Assembly: GCA_047495785.1 (NCBI GenBank)
Contig: JBLDXI010000034.1
Location: 248,001-312,000 of the forward strand
Length of the DNA: 64,000 nucleotides
Direction of reading: 5' to 3'
Source of the DNA: Lepidodermella squamata
Taxonomy: Eukaryota; Animalia; Gastrotricha
Numbering within the stretch: position 1 is the stretch's first letter; each line of letters begins with the position of its first letter. Position numbers and translations under genes: made by a program. Under the pieces are notes generated by a model. The model made no database searches and was not told the DNA's origin. It saw nothing but the letters and a program-made list of their open reading frames with translations. This document shows positions 52,201 to 63,357 of this stretch, piece by piece.

Positions 52201-53548
52201 CACGTGTTTCGGACCTTTCACAGGAACCTTGCCAACCTCTCTAGCAACCTTGATGGCCACTCAAGGTATGATGCTGGGCTTGGCAACCTCAAGTGGCAGC
52301 ACATCAGACACAATCGATGTGATCAGCCTTGCAGTCTACAATTGCTCGCAACAAACTACAAGTAGTCCGATTTCGACGTCAACTTACAAGCCGCCCAAAA
52401 CTACGACAGGTTTAACTCATTTTGCGACCGATTCAGAGTCGGAGAGCGCGTTCCCAATTCCTGGGTTGGAGAGAGGCAATCACATGCCTACTGTAGATAT
52501 CCAGGATTTGCTTCCGTGTAGAACCATCGCCGCAGACCTCCGTTCACCAGACCCGAATACGAAGGTCTACGCTACGCTAACGGTTGAGCGGTTGTCTTAC
52601 GTTGACCAGGCTGAGCAGCAAGTTTCGCTGTGGGGCGGTCTGCTGCTTCAGTGGATGGTCAGCACGTGCGGAGCTAATTACACGGCTCCCGAGGCAGACG
52701 ACAAAGAACGACTGACTTCGACACGCCGGACCGACATATGGCGACCTTCGATGGTTTTCGCTAACGAAACACCCGAATTCGACCTCGCGAACCCTGCTTG
52801 CGGCGAGTCTATGGACATTGCCTACTACCCTACCACGCCGAACCGCACGTTGTTTTTCCACTGGAACCGCGTTGGAACTTTCCCAGCGAGTTGCGAAATT
52901 GACTTGACCAAGTTCCCATTCGACACGCAAACTTGTGAAATGACAATGCTAATGTTTGAATCTGCCTATTTCATCCGAATCGGTGGAATGAATGTCGTTC
53001 CCAGGGGAGACCTAAAATACGGTGTCTGGGCTTTCGATTCGTTGAAGGTCACCAGAGGAAATGTTACCAGTCCTATTAGAACTTCTGATCAAGTTTCCTT
53101 TGCAAAAGTGAAATTCATATTCAAACGTAGCCCTGGTTACTACATCGTGAATATGATTGTGCCCTGCTACGTCCTGATAATTCTTGCATTCGCAACATTC
53201 TTCATGGACGCAGCCGCACCCGATCGGCCTGCAATTTGTTGCACCATCATGTTATCGCTAATTGTAGCTCAGTCAGATGTACTCTCAAGCGTGCCGGCAA
53301 CAAATCAGGAGATTTTGTACGCTAATTACATCCTTGGTCTCACTGGAACTATCGCTTGCATCGCCTTCTACCAGATCGTCATGTCTCGGCTCGTTTCGAA
53401 AGACGAAGCTAAATTTGAGACGCCTGTCAAAGTAGCCGGCGGATTTTCGTCCAGTATAGCCAATCTCCTCGATATCCTTGCCGGTATGGCAGCATTTCAA
53501 GGCGTTCTTGCGATTAACCTGTACTTTATAAAGACGATCGTTATTTAA
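49219..53548 (+). CDS. Tandem lectin-like domains fused to a Cys-loop ligand-gated ion channel subunit, 899 aa; join(49219..49464,49524..49650,50616..51036,51091..51271,51724..51850,51901..52127,52178..53548)
   Basis: Signal peptide; six GT-AG introns, all phase-compatible; two copies of CGTL.PQ.SL..NW..N.TRL..G.W..PF...FYIEL..C..DG.C.GPFTG..T.D..SL.VY.CS; then DIWRPS, Cys-loop CEIDLTKFPFDTQTC and four TM helices. Confidence 0.8.
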
Positions 53549-54139
53549 CGGCCTAATTTCTGACAGAATCTCAGGAAGAACACTGGATCGTATCTCGAGA
53601 ATTTGTTGCAATTTGAAGTTGTCTATAAAATCGGTATTTTTTGGACGGTCTCAGACTTCATGTATTAGAATTTCAAGAGTGGATGATGGACGTATCGCTT
53701 CTGATTACATATGATTCATCTTGAAAGATTGAGGAATAATAAAAAAAAATTGGAATCGATTGGTTCAAGAGAACTGTAAATAAAGCTGCTTTTTGTGTCT
53801 ATTGTTTTGTATCTTTGAGAGGTGTCTGTTTTTTGAGCCGAAAATAAAAAACGAACTGCTAGGATGACGCCTCGATCTGCCAATATTGCTCGTCTGAAAT
53901 TCAGCTGAATGGCAATATTCTCCGCGATTTGCTAATTTGCATGATTAATCATAAGTACAGGAATCAGTTATTTTGTTCTTTCGAGTGCGAGACGAACTCT
54001 GGTCACGGTGTTCTCTATCAACTCTGTGTGCGTTGGCTGTGTAAATGTTTGTTAAATAAAATGCATTTGATTCATTAAAAATGCTGAATTATTAATGATC
54101 CCATTGAATCCAAAACGGCCAGCCGAAGATTCATTTTTA

Positions 54140-54640
54140 CTGATGCTTTGTATCTGTTCATTTGCTATCGTAGTTTCGATCAGTTGCTCGATACCAACTA
54201 TTAAATGCAGCCTAAAATCTAATGACGAGTCATCGACTGATCAAGAGGTCAGTTTTGTAAAATGCATCAGGTTGATACCATCGACACATTGTGCGAGAAA
54301 GTGGGATTCGCTGTTGATACAGCGGACGTCGATCTAGTTCGCGCGCTGACTGCCGTCATCAAAGCTCGAAACAACGGTAAATTCAACGCGGATTTTCGGC
54401 TGGAGAAAACACGCCTAATTAATTCATCTCTTCAATGCCACCCTGCTACACCGTATCGCAGCTTGGGACTGTTTACGCCCAAGTGAGAATCGCTCGGAGA
54501 TCGCTCAAGTTGTCATCGATAATGGGGCTGATGTTGACGCTAGAGAATCGTTCCATCGAACAGCGTTATACCTCGCGGCTATCAGTGGCCACCTTCCTGT
54601 TGTCAAGGTACTAGTCAAATCTGGATCAGATGCGAAGCTC
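54140..54640 (+). pseudogene. Ankyrin gene remnant A16
   Basis: Leader CSFAIVVSISC..DQE|gtcag, then EKVGFAVDTADVDLVR..NNGKFNA, frameshifted and truncated; a further scrap at ~55115-55165. Confidence 0.8.
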
Positions 54641-55044
54641 AAATCTGATCAGGTGAGAATGAATAATGAATGCCTGATAGTTGAGATGAGGTGTCATCAT
54701 TCCCAGTCAGCAAAATGCCCCGGCGTGGTTGAGGAGAATGAAAAAATGAAAACGAGCTCTACGAAGAGGAAATTTGGCTGTTGTTTCATTTTTAAACTCA
54801 TTTAAACTCTTTTTAAAATTCATTTTAATCTCATGACGATAGATTCAATTAAATAATACCACAGCCTACAATTGTACCTTGCCTGTAATACCCTCACTTT
54901 TTTCTTGGTTTGAAACTATAAAAACACGGCACCCAATTTCGGTTTTTACGGTATATTGCAATCGTCGAGTTTTCGATTGTTAACGGGGCTCATTGGCGAA
55001 CGCAGCGTGAAGTCAGGGGACGTTCGCTCTTTATTACAATGTGA

Positions 55045-55071
55045 CCCTAACCCTAACCCTAACCCTAACCC
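55045..55071. repeat. (CCCTAA)4 interstitial telomeric repeat
   Basis: ccctaaccctaaccctaaccctaaccc. Confidence 0.9.
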
Positions 55072-55692
55072 AATGAGAACTACATCGACTCGGCGATGCA
55101 GCCATTATAAAAGCTAATTCAACAGAAACTGCAAAGCTGCTCGTTGAAAATGGAGCCGACATTCAATTACCCCTTATCATTTGGCACCAACGCGAAACAC
55201 GCGACTGAAACACTGTAATTATTACACTATTGTCAAATGAAAGTGGGTTTTTAACCAAAATAAGGATTTTTTCCTCTAATCACGCAATAAAAATCAAATT
55301 GATTAAACGTAATTCTTTTTTTTTTATTTCAAACTTCTCATCTCGAATCCTTGAAAAATATTTTTTCACGATGCACACATCAAATTTTCAACGACTTAAT
55401 TCACCGTATTTTTGTTCTCATCATCGCAGAAACATGGCGGCAAAATGTTTTCCACTCGGGCGTTGCGTTATTATTGTCGTAAAAATTCAACATTGAAATG
55501 AAAGAACGCATGTTTCGAGTTTCGATTTTTCCGCTATGAAAATTTACATTTTACATACATAACTGAGGTAAATTAAGCAATTTTTGTTTTACATGACACT
55601 TATTTTCTTGAAGGTAATTATTAGTTAATGAGGACTGTGATTGTTTTATATATAGAACGAGTATATAATTAACGAGGATAATTTGAATCAGT

Positions 55693-55914
55693 CTAAGTCG
55701 CAATTTGCCATACGAAGAAATCAGACCAGCTTTCTTGATTTTGATTCCGCTCATCGTCGTCGATTTCGTTCAGCCACCACGACGAAGAATCGCCCGCGTC
55801 TTTATTGCCACCAGACCGGGATGAAGAATTTGATGCTTGCTTTGAAGTAGTTTGGTCGGAAAAATTTTCCTGAGAATTTTCCGCCGCCACCGATTTGCCA
55901 CGTTGTTCAGCCAT
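55693..55914 (-). CDS. Hypothetical 73-aa acidic peptide
   Basis: ATG-initiated, GC-richer island in AT-rich flanks; no motif recognised. Confidence 0.3.
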   Translation of the reverse strand: MAEQRGKSVAAENSQENFSDQTTSKQASNSSSRSGGNKDAGDSSSWWLNEIDDDERNQNQESWSDFFVWQIAT

Positions 55915-56084
55915 ATCAAACAGCTTTTTTGAAAATAAAATTAAAAATAATTTCTAAACAATATTGAAAAATTATAAAATTCAAAATAAAAACTATAGGA
56001 ATTATTGGAACTCAGGGAATTATTCAAATTATTCAAATTATCAAGGAAACAATGAAGGGAATTATAAGACAAGACAAATGAGAC

Positions 56085-56520
56085 TCACTCTGATCCTTTC
56101 TCTGATCCTAACCTTCACCTCAACCATGAGCTCAACCCTGATCCTAACCCTGATCCTAAACTTAACCCTAACCCTTTATCCTTACCCTGATTCCAACCCT
56201 GATCCTAACCTTCACCTCAACCATGAGCTCAACCATGAGCTCAACCCTGATCCTAACCTTAATCCTTACCCTGATTCCAACCCTGATCCTAACTCTTATC
56301 CTAACCCTGATCCTAACCTTAACCCTAACCCTGATCCTAACCCTTTATCCTTACCCTGATTCCAACCCTGATCCTATATCCTAACTCTTTCCCTAACCAT
56401 AACCTACCATTATCCTAACTCTAACCTTAACCCTAACCCTGATCCTAACCCTTTATCCTTACCCTGATTCCAACCCTTTTCCTAACTTTAGCGTAACCCT
56501 AACCCTAACCATAACCCCAA
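56085..56520. repeat. Degenerate telomere-like hexamer satellite (CCCTAA/CCCTGA/TCCTAA)
   Basis: Six-bp periodicity with a higher-order unit such as ccctttatccttaccctgattccaaccctgatcctaa. Confidence 0.85.
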
Positions 56521-58144
56521 AAATTGCAGTCGTTTTTATCCATTCCTATTTGTCTTGCCATTATTGTCCAGTCGTAGTAGCCGCCTTCAAAAAAATTACT
56601 AATATTCTTTAATAAAAAACAAATTAATAATAAATAATAATATTAATTTTTATTGGAATTTCCCAACTGATAGATTTTTATCAATGAATAAATTTCAGCC
56701 ACCGAGATTAAATCAGAAAAAATTGGAATAAATGAACGAAGATAGGTGATGAATTGCCACTGACAATTTGACCGGCATGCCCGAAAAAATGGGGTATGGA
56801 AGGGTCAAATATTGCGCTCTCAAGTACAACATGCTGATAAAATTGGTGTTATCTAATAAAACTATCAGATTAATAAGAAAAAATGATGCTCTCATTTAGA
56901 TAATTGCATCAGCCGAACTCGCGGTGTTAGACAGGATCCTCTCTCAGGGTGACTAAAGTAATTTTAAAATAAAATAATTGATTGCGGTAAAAAAATTGAT
57001 AAAATTTGGTAGAATTCTTATATAAAAGTTGCAATATATTATAATCAAGGCCCCTTATCGCTAATTTCTCTGAAAAATCGAAGTGGAAAAATTAATTTTC
57101 CCTGGGCAGCAGATGTTTTCCCGAAATATTGAAAATTAAGGCCTAATAGATTGGTGTATGATTAAGCCTTGGTTTAAACGAAAAATGCCTAGCAGGAAGC
57201 CAAGATAATTCTGGCGAAAATAAGGCGAAAAAATTATAGCTGGCAAACGTCGGGTGTTCCAATCTAAATACCGACATGGACTTTGGCCTTCGATCTTCGC
57301 CTCTGACGTCTGCAGCCAAGGTACATTTCGCTTTTTCTATGAAAAAAAGAAATCAAAACAAAACAGCGGCAGTTTGCCGTATGTACTTTCTATCCCACCG
57401 GGCCACGCGTGTATAAGCGGTCTAGTATCATGAAAAGGGGGAGCGGCGAATAAAAAACCGGTGGCGGCGCGGATTCTCTTCACTTCATCGGCCATTTATT
57501 ACGCGATGCGTATATAAATATTACAGCCCGCTTGGGCTTTCACATATACTTAATAGTGTTATATGTATACCTCTATTCACTAGCGGCACGAGCTGTAAAT
57601 CGTGACGTAGAACGAGCGCGTACTTCAATCATCGAAAAACGGGGCTTCTTCTGCGTAATAACGCGCACATTCGCAATGACCCAATTTCACTTGTCAAGTG
57701 CGCGTGAAATTACGCATTAAAGTGCGCGCGTTAATCAAATGAAAATGGGGCGCTAATAAAAAATCGAAGTGGCGCGTGCGCGAGTGCTTCCGGCCTACAC
57801 AAAATTCGAAAAAAAAAATATTTGTTCACATGATAATTGCTACTACACTCAATCGATGAAAGTCGACTCCTACGCGGGACAAAAATTAATGAATAAAATC
57901 CGGACGATTTCGAAGGATAAAATACCGATTTTTACTTGATAATCCCGATTTTTCGTGCGCATCTTGGCACGCCGATTGTTCCATAATGAAAAAAACGGGT
58001 ATGGTAATAAAGTATATTTGCACAGGGCGTGTTCTCATATTTCCATTAGCCATACCCGGTGGTTAAGACAGCCCGGCCCTCTCGGCGAAAAATATCAAAA
58101 AATGATATATCCGGAAAAATAAAGCAATTTTATTTGTATATATT

Positions 58145-59009
58145 TTAATCAATCGAATATGTAAAGCTGATTTCAGTCAATTGAGGCAAATTGCCGGCTG
58201 AAATGATGACAAGGTACGTCTCAGGTCCCATTTTTGGGACAAGCACCCAAAGTGGGACACCCTGGCTCGCCTTGAATTGGTACTGATCGAACGGTTTCAG
58301 GGCGAATTCGTTCTCAGGCATTGCTACAACATTCGCCATTTTACCGGCCTTTATTATCAGCAATTTTTCCGTCGAATATTGAGGCAGTATAATTTTGCAG
58401 ACAACGTTCCAGAATTTGCCAATCGTGATGTAGACTCCTGAAAAATAAAAATTAAATTAAATTGCTAATTAATCAATTATTTAAATTAAAATTAAAATTT
58501 TGAATTTTTTAAATTATTTTTCAATAATTTAGGAAATTAATTGAAAAATTGTAAAAAATATTCGGGCCCTACCGTCTGTTTTGCATTCTTGCATTGTGAG
58601 CTGAGGCAGGATGCGGATGCATAATTTCGAATTTCGAACTGGTTCAATGATTCGAAGTTGGAGATAGTAAGTACCCTCGGGTAAATAGGTCTGCAAAACT
58701 TCTCGTTTCCCATTCTGGCGTTCATAAGCCCCTATCGCCTGAAAAAACATGAATTTAAATACTTTTCATTAAAATTTGAAAGTTTGAAAAAATTTCCAAA
58801 AATTGTGGAAAAAACTCAAAAAATTATGAATTTGTTGACAAATGTTTTTACCATGTTTTGTGAAGTATCGGTCTGGGCTTGATCTTTGTCCGAATACATG
58901 TATAAGTCGCCATCGCCTTGGACAGCGTCGAAATAGACCTGAAGCAGGGCTGGACTGGGAAGACCAACCGGGTGAGCTTCCTTATACCCAGCCTTGAATT
59001 CATTTCGAA
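58145..59009 (-). CDS. Partial gene with PPC-like beta-sandwich domain; exons 59009..58852, 58738..58573, 58437..58145; 5' end unresolved
   Basis: Phase-compatible GT-AG introns; QGDGDLYMY..REVLQTYLPEGTYYLQL resembles the pre-peptidase C-terminal domain signature. Confidence 0.6.
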
Positions 59010-60058
59010 CTGAAATACAAAACGATAATGTTCGCCAACATCAAAAATCCAAAATCCGCACACAAACATACCCACATACTAAAATGTGAACATTTGAAAT
59101 TTCATGAAAAAATTTTGAATTTGATAAATTTAAAATTTCATGAAAATTTTCTTAAATATTCTATTTATCTTTTCTAATTTATCCACTGATTAATATTAAG
59201 TCGCTTATTTGCTTTTTCATTGTCTGGAATGTCCCCCCGTGAAGCTTGAATACTTAATTTTTTTAAGCGGAAAAAAATAGAAAAATATGAGTGAAATACT
59301 CCATTCAAGGCTTCAGAATTCCAAGCTTTGCCTTATAATTAATGGAACCGAAGACGTTTCAGTAATATCGCATCAGAAAGGTCAAAAGGTCGCGGCAATT
59401 TCCAATGGTCGAGACTGATTCTATTTATAAAATGACATGAATCCACTTTGAAAACTTGTCAACCAGAAAAAAATCCGAAGAATTCTAAGCTAGAACAGAA
59501 AAATAGAAAAATACTTTAACCCGCAGCAAATTCATACTCTTTTCCGCAGCAAATTTCTTTATTTTCTTTCCAGCATCTCCAATTTTTCTCCAAATCTTGG
59601 GATTCTCATAGATTCTGATAGAGGAGGATTAGGGCTGTCGAAAAAGCCCTAACTCATTAATAAAAGATTGACTAATTTGGGGATATGATGGAAAGTCCGA
59701 AGTCATCATACTTTTGTCTCACGAATCACACTATTGGTGAAACTTGAAAAGGGTTCGTTTGGCAACATTAGTGCCAATCGATAGCCCTCGAACCCCGCTA
59801 TCAACTGGCGTCGTGATTAGCTTCTTATCAAACGTAACCTGGCGTCCATGATTGAATAAATGGAAATTTGCTGCGGAAAAGAGTGAAAATTTGCTGCGGC
59901 CAAAAGTACCGTCCGAAAAATACCGAAAAATACCAATCGGGTAATTTCGGGTTTTCTCCGGTGCATTATCAATTTTCTCAAAAAAAAAGTTTAATTTTTT
60001 TTAAAAACTACAAAAATCAAATTGAAAAAGTTGAAAATGTTAGCGGATTTTAAATTTA

Positions 60059-60877
60059 CTAAATTAATTTAAACTCACACGAAAAACAAGACTGTTGCAC
60101 GGGCGATTGGGCCTGAGCGTCTCCGAGCGTGAAACGAATCCCGGTAAAACCGGAAAATCCTGAAAATCCGGGAAATAATCCGCTACTCGGCCTGGCGACC
60201 GTTGTAGGCGCGGCTGCCGTAGTCACTGCCCCAGCAGCTGTAGTTACTTTAACTGCTGCTGTAGTTACTAACCCAGGCGGAGTTGGCGCCTTAGACACAG
60301 TAACAATCAACGTATTTAGATCCATTGTTGTAGTCGTTGGGGTTGTAGTTGTAGTCGTTGTTGTCGTAGTTGTAGTTGTAGTTGAAGTCGAAGTTGAGGT
60401 CGAAGTCGAAGTCGAAGTTGCTTTAACAGGAAAAGTTGTCGTAATTCTCGGCAAACTGACGAAAACAACCGGCGCAATTTCATTCAGCTGATTATTCACA
60501 TTTTCATTGAAATTATCATCATCGATGTTGATGCCGCCTCGAAATCGCCGCCGCCGCCGTCGATTTCTTCTAGGCCGAATTTTGCGCCGACCTTCACTCC
60601 GGTCACGTGACCTATATCGAAGAACCTCCAGTGGGATATGAAGACTGTCCTCAGCCTCGAATGAATCGTCTTTTTTAACCGGCTGTTGAACTTGGTTCAA
60701 AGACGGGAATTTAACCCCAGGCGCTGTGATGGAGCTAACAATTTTTTGAACGTTATTAGCCAGCTTTTTAGCGTTAATATTGCCAACAACCGACTTGCGG
60801 CCTCGCCTCGCATCACCTGAGCAACACGGTGACACAAAAACCAGAACGAAAATTGTGACGAGATTTAAAAATTTCAT
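60059..60877 (-). CDS. Secreted mucin-like Thr/Ser-rich protein, 272 aa
   Basis: Signal MKFLNLVTIFVLVFVSPCCSG, polybasic sites, poly-Arg, poly-Thr, terminal CxxC. Confidence 0.75.
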   Translation of the reverse strand: MKFLNLVTIFVLVFVSPCCSGDARRGRKSVVGNINAKKLANNVQKIVSSITAPGVKFPSLNQVQQPVKKDDSFEAEDSLHIPLEVLRYRSRDRSEGRRKIRPRRNRRRRRRFRGGINIDDDNFNENVNNQLNEIAPVVFVSLPRITTTFPVKATSTSTSTSTSTSTTTTTTTTTTTTTTPTTTTMDLNTLIVTVSKAPTPPGLVTTAAVKVTTAAGAVTTAAAPTTVARPSSGLFPGFSGFSGFTGIRFTLGDAQAQSPVQQSCFSCEFKLI

Positions 60878-61048
60878 GGAAAAAATTTCACAATTTTCCC
60901 CATTCGAAAATAGCTGATATTACTAGACAATTTCAAATTTTAACGACGTAGTGTGACAAAAATTGTAATTTAATTGCCTATTAAAACGACTCGTATTGGC
61001 TTAATTGCGACTCGGCTCAGTTTTTCAATTTTTCGCCCTGATTTGAAG

Positions 61049-63257
61049 ATGATTTTTCAGTGGAAGATTGGCTTTTTTATAGCTTGTTTAGCGGCGACTG
61101 CCATTTCCGAGAAAAATCGAGCCGCTCAGCCGAAAAATCGACCGAGGCGAGACGTTGAACTTGGACTGCCCCAAGTCATCGATCCGCCACTGCCAACCTT
61201 TGCGCAATCAATAGGTAATCTGATAGAATTTGATCTTGAATTTTTGAAATTTCTTAAAATAAATTTAAGCTGTTTATTTTTCAAAATTCGAATTAAGAAT
61301 TTTCAATGAATTAATTTTTTTAATTTTTTCAAAAATTTTTGAAATGTTAGTTTTAAAGAAGGTAGTCCTAAAATTCTTTAATTTCCCATAAAATTCAAAA
61401 TATTTGAATTTTGTCATTATTTTTCATAATTCGATTTAAATTTCAAATTAATTTTTTTTATAAGATAATTTAAATGCTCACTCAACATTTAAATTAGTTC
61501 GAAATTCTGAAACATTCTAATTCATAATTATTTTCTTAATTTTTGTTATTTCTAATCGATATTTTGATTTAGATTTGGTTGCTGCTCCCAGATTCCCTAC
61601 TGGACCCCGTTCGCCACCTGACCCAAATAGTCCCGAACCCGTCCGCCCACCATTTCCGGGCTTCACCGGGCCTGAAACTGTGAGACCGGGAATTCCAGAA
61701 CGAGAACCACCGGCAAACGAGCCAGTCCCTGTAAGGCCGGCTCCCGAGCCAGTCAAGCCTGTTGTTGAACCTCAGCCTTTACCTGAAAACCCGAGACCGG
61801 TACTGGTTCCAGTACGAGACCCGGAACCTGTCAGACCGGTACTGGTTCCAGTACGAGACCCGGAACCTGTCAGACCGGCACCGGTTCCGGAAACCCCGGT
61901 TCCAGTGAGACCAGTTCCAGAAGCCCCAGTTCCAGTCAGACCGGCACCGGTTCCGGAAACCCCGGTTCCAGTCAGACCAGTTCCAGAAACCCCGGTTCCA
62001 GTCAGACCGGCACCGGTTCCGGAAACCCCGGTTCCAGTCAGACCGGCACCGGTTCCGGAAACCCCGGTTCCAGTCAGACCGGCACCGGTTCCGGAAACCC
62101 CGGTTCCAGTCAGACCGGCACCGGTTCCGGAAACCCCGGTTCCAGTCAGACCGGCACCGGTTCCGGAAACCCCGGTTCCAGTCAGACCGGTACCAGAAAC
62201 CCCGGTTCCAGTCAGACCGGTACCAGAAACCCCGGTTCCAGTTAGACCGGTTCCAGCGGAACCGCCAGTTTTTGTCCCGGTCAGACCAGTTCCGGATCCT
62301 CAATTACCCGAATGGCCGGTTCCTGAGTGGCCTTCACCAGTTAGACCGCCAGTGGATCCTCCAGCCCCAGTCAGACCAGTCATAGGTAAGATTCGGCAAG
62401 CTCAAATTAAATAACTAATTTTTTAATTTTTTTTTAATTGTAATTATTTTATTTTCTCAACAGTACTAGACCCGGAGCCGATTTCTGGTTCGATCCCAGT
62501 ACCAATCCGACCGCAGCCTGGTAATGAAAGAAAATTTATTAAATTGGAAAAAATACGATTAAAATTGTTAATATATTTATTTTAACTGATTAATTCAATT
62601 TTAATAGAAATTCCAACTGTTCCAATTCGTCCGCCGATTCCTGTACCAGCCGAGCCCCAACCTGTCCCACCTAAACCCGAAATCGGTATGTCCTACTTTT
62701 TTTTAGAAAATTATGTTACAATACCATTGAATTTAGAATTTCAATTCCCGGGAGAACAGGGTGGCCAAATCTGGTACATGTTCGACAGGCCCGAAGTTTC
62801 GGCGACAGATTTCCGACCGATTCAAACTTTCAATCCGAGACCGACCGGAATTTTCGATCGCCCGGTTCCAGTGCCAGAGTCACCCTGGTCCCAGCAGCCG
62901 AGCCCTGTTTGGCAACCCCATCAATGGGAGCCAGCTCCGCGCCCAACGATCACCCACATCCCGATCCCAGGGCCCCCGGGTCCTCCGGGCAAGCAAGGCC
63001 CGCCCGGTAAACCGGGTCGGCTCACCGAGAAGCACCTCGACTACCTCGCTGAGAAGGTGTTTGAAATGTTCAGCAGCGATGATGATGACGATGATGAGGA
63101 TGAGTCGAGCGAGGAGGAAGAAAAACCTCGTCGTCACCGCAATCGAAAATCAAGGAAGCACCGAAAACGGCGAGAGGAGTCGAGTGATGAAGAGGAAAAT
63201 CGCCGTCGTCATCAACGCAATCGAAAATCGAGAAAGCACCAGAAATTGCGCCATTGA
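61049..63257 (+). CDS. Secreted Pro-rich repeat protein with short collagen-like and acidic/basic blocks, 544 aa; join(61049..61214,61573..62385,62464..62520,62608..62685,62737..63257)
   Basis: Signal peptide, RPRR furin site, four phase-1 introns, RPAPVPETPVPV repeats, GPPGPPGKQGPPGKPGR, D/E and R/K/H blocks. Confidence 0.85.
61790..62255 (+). repeat. Coding minisatellite, 36/30-bp units
   Basis: (ccggca)ccggttccggaaaccccggttccagtcaga repeated about 12 times. Confidence 0.9.
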
Positions 63258-63357
63258 AGAAAATAACTGACAACGTTGAATTATTTAAATAATTATTTAT
63301 TTTGCGAATTTATGGAAATAAAATGTTTATTTGAAATTTTCGATTTTTTTAGGAAAA

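Noticed and set aside
55964-56359. 131-aa NPDP-rich ORF
   Set aside because: Translation of the telomere-like satellite.
60129-60491. Poly-Val ORF
   Set aside because: Antisense of the poly-Thr mucin tract.
61790-62255. CRISPR-like 36-bp repeats and the antisense SDWNRGF ORF
   Set aside because: No spacers; this is a coding minisatellite of the Pro-rich gene.
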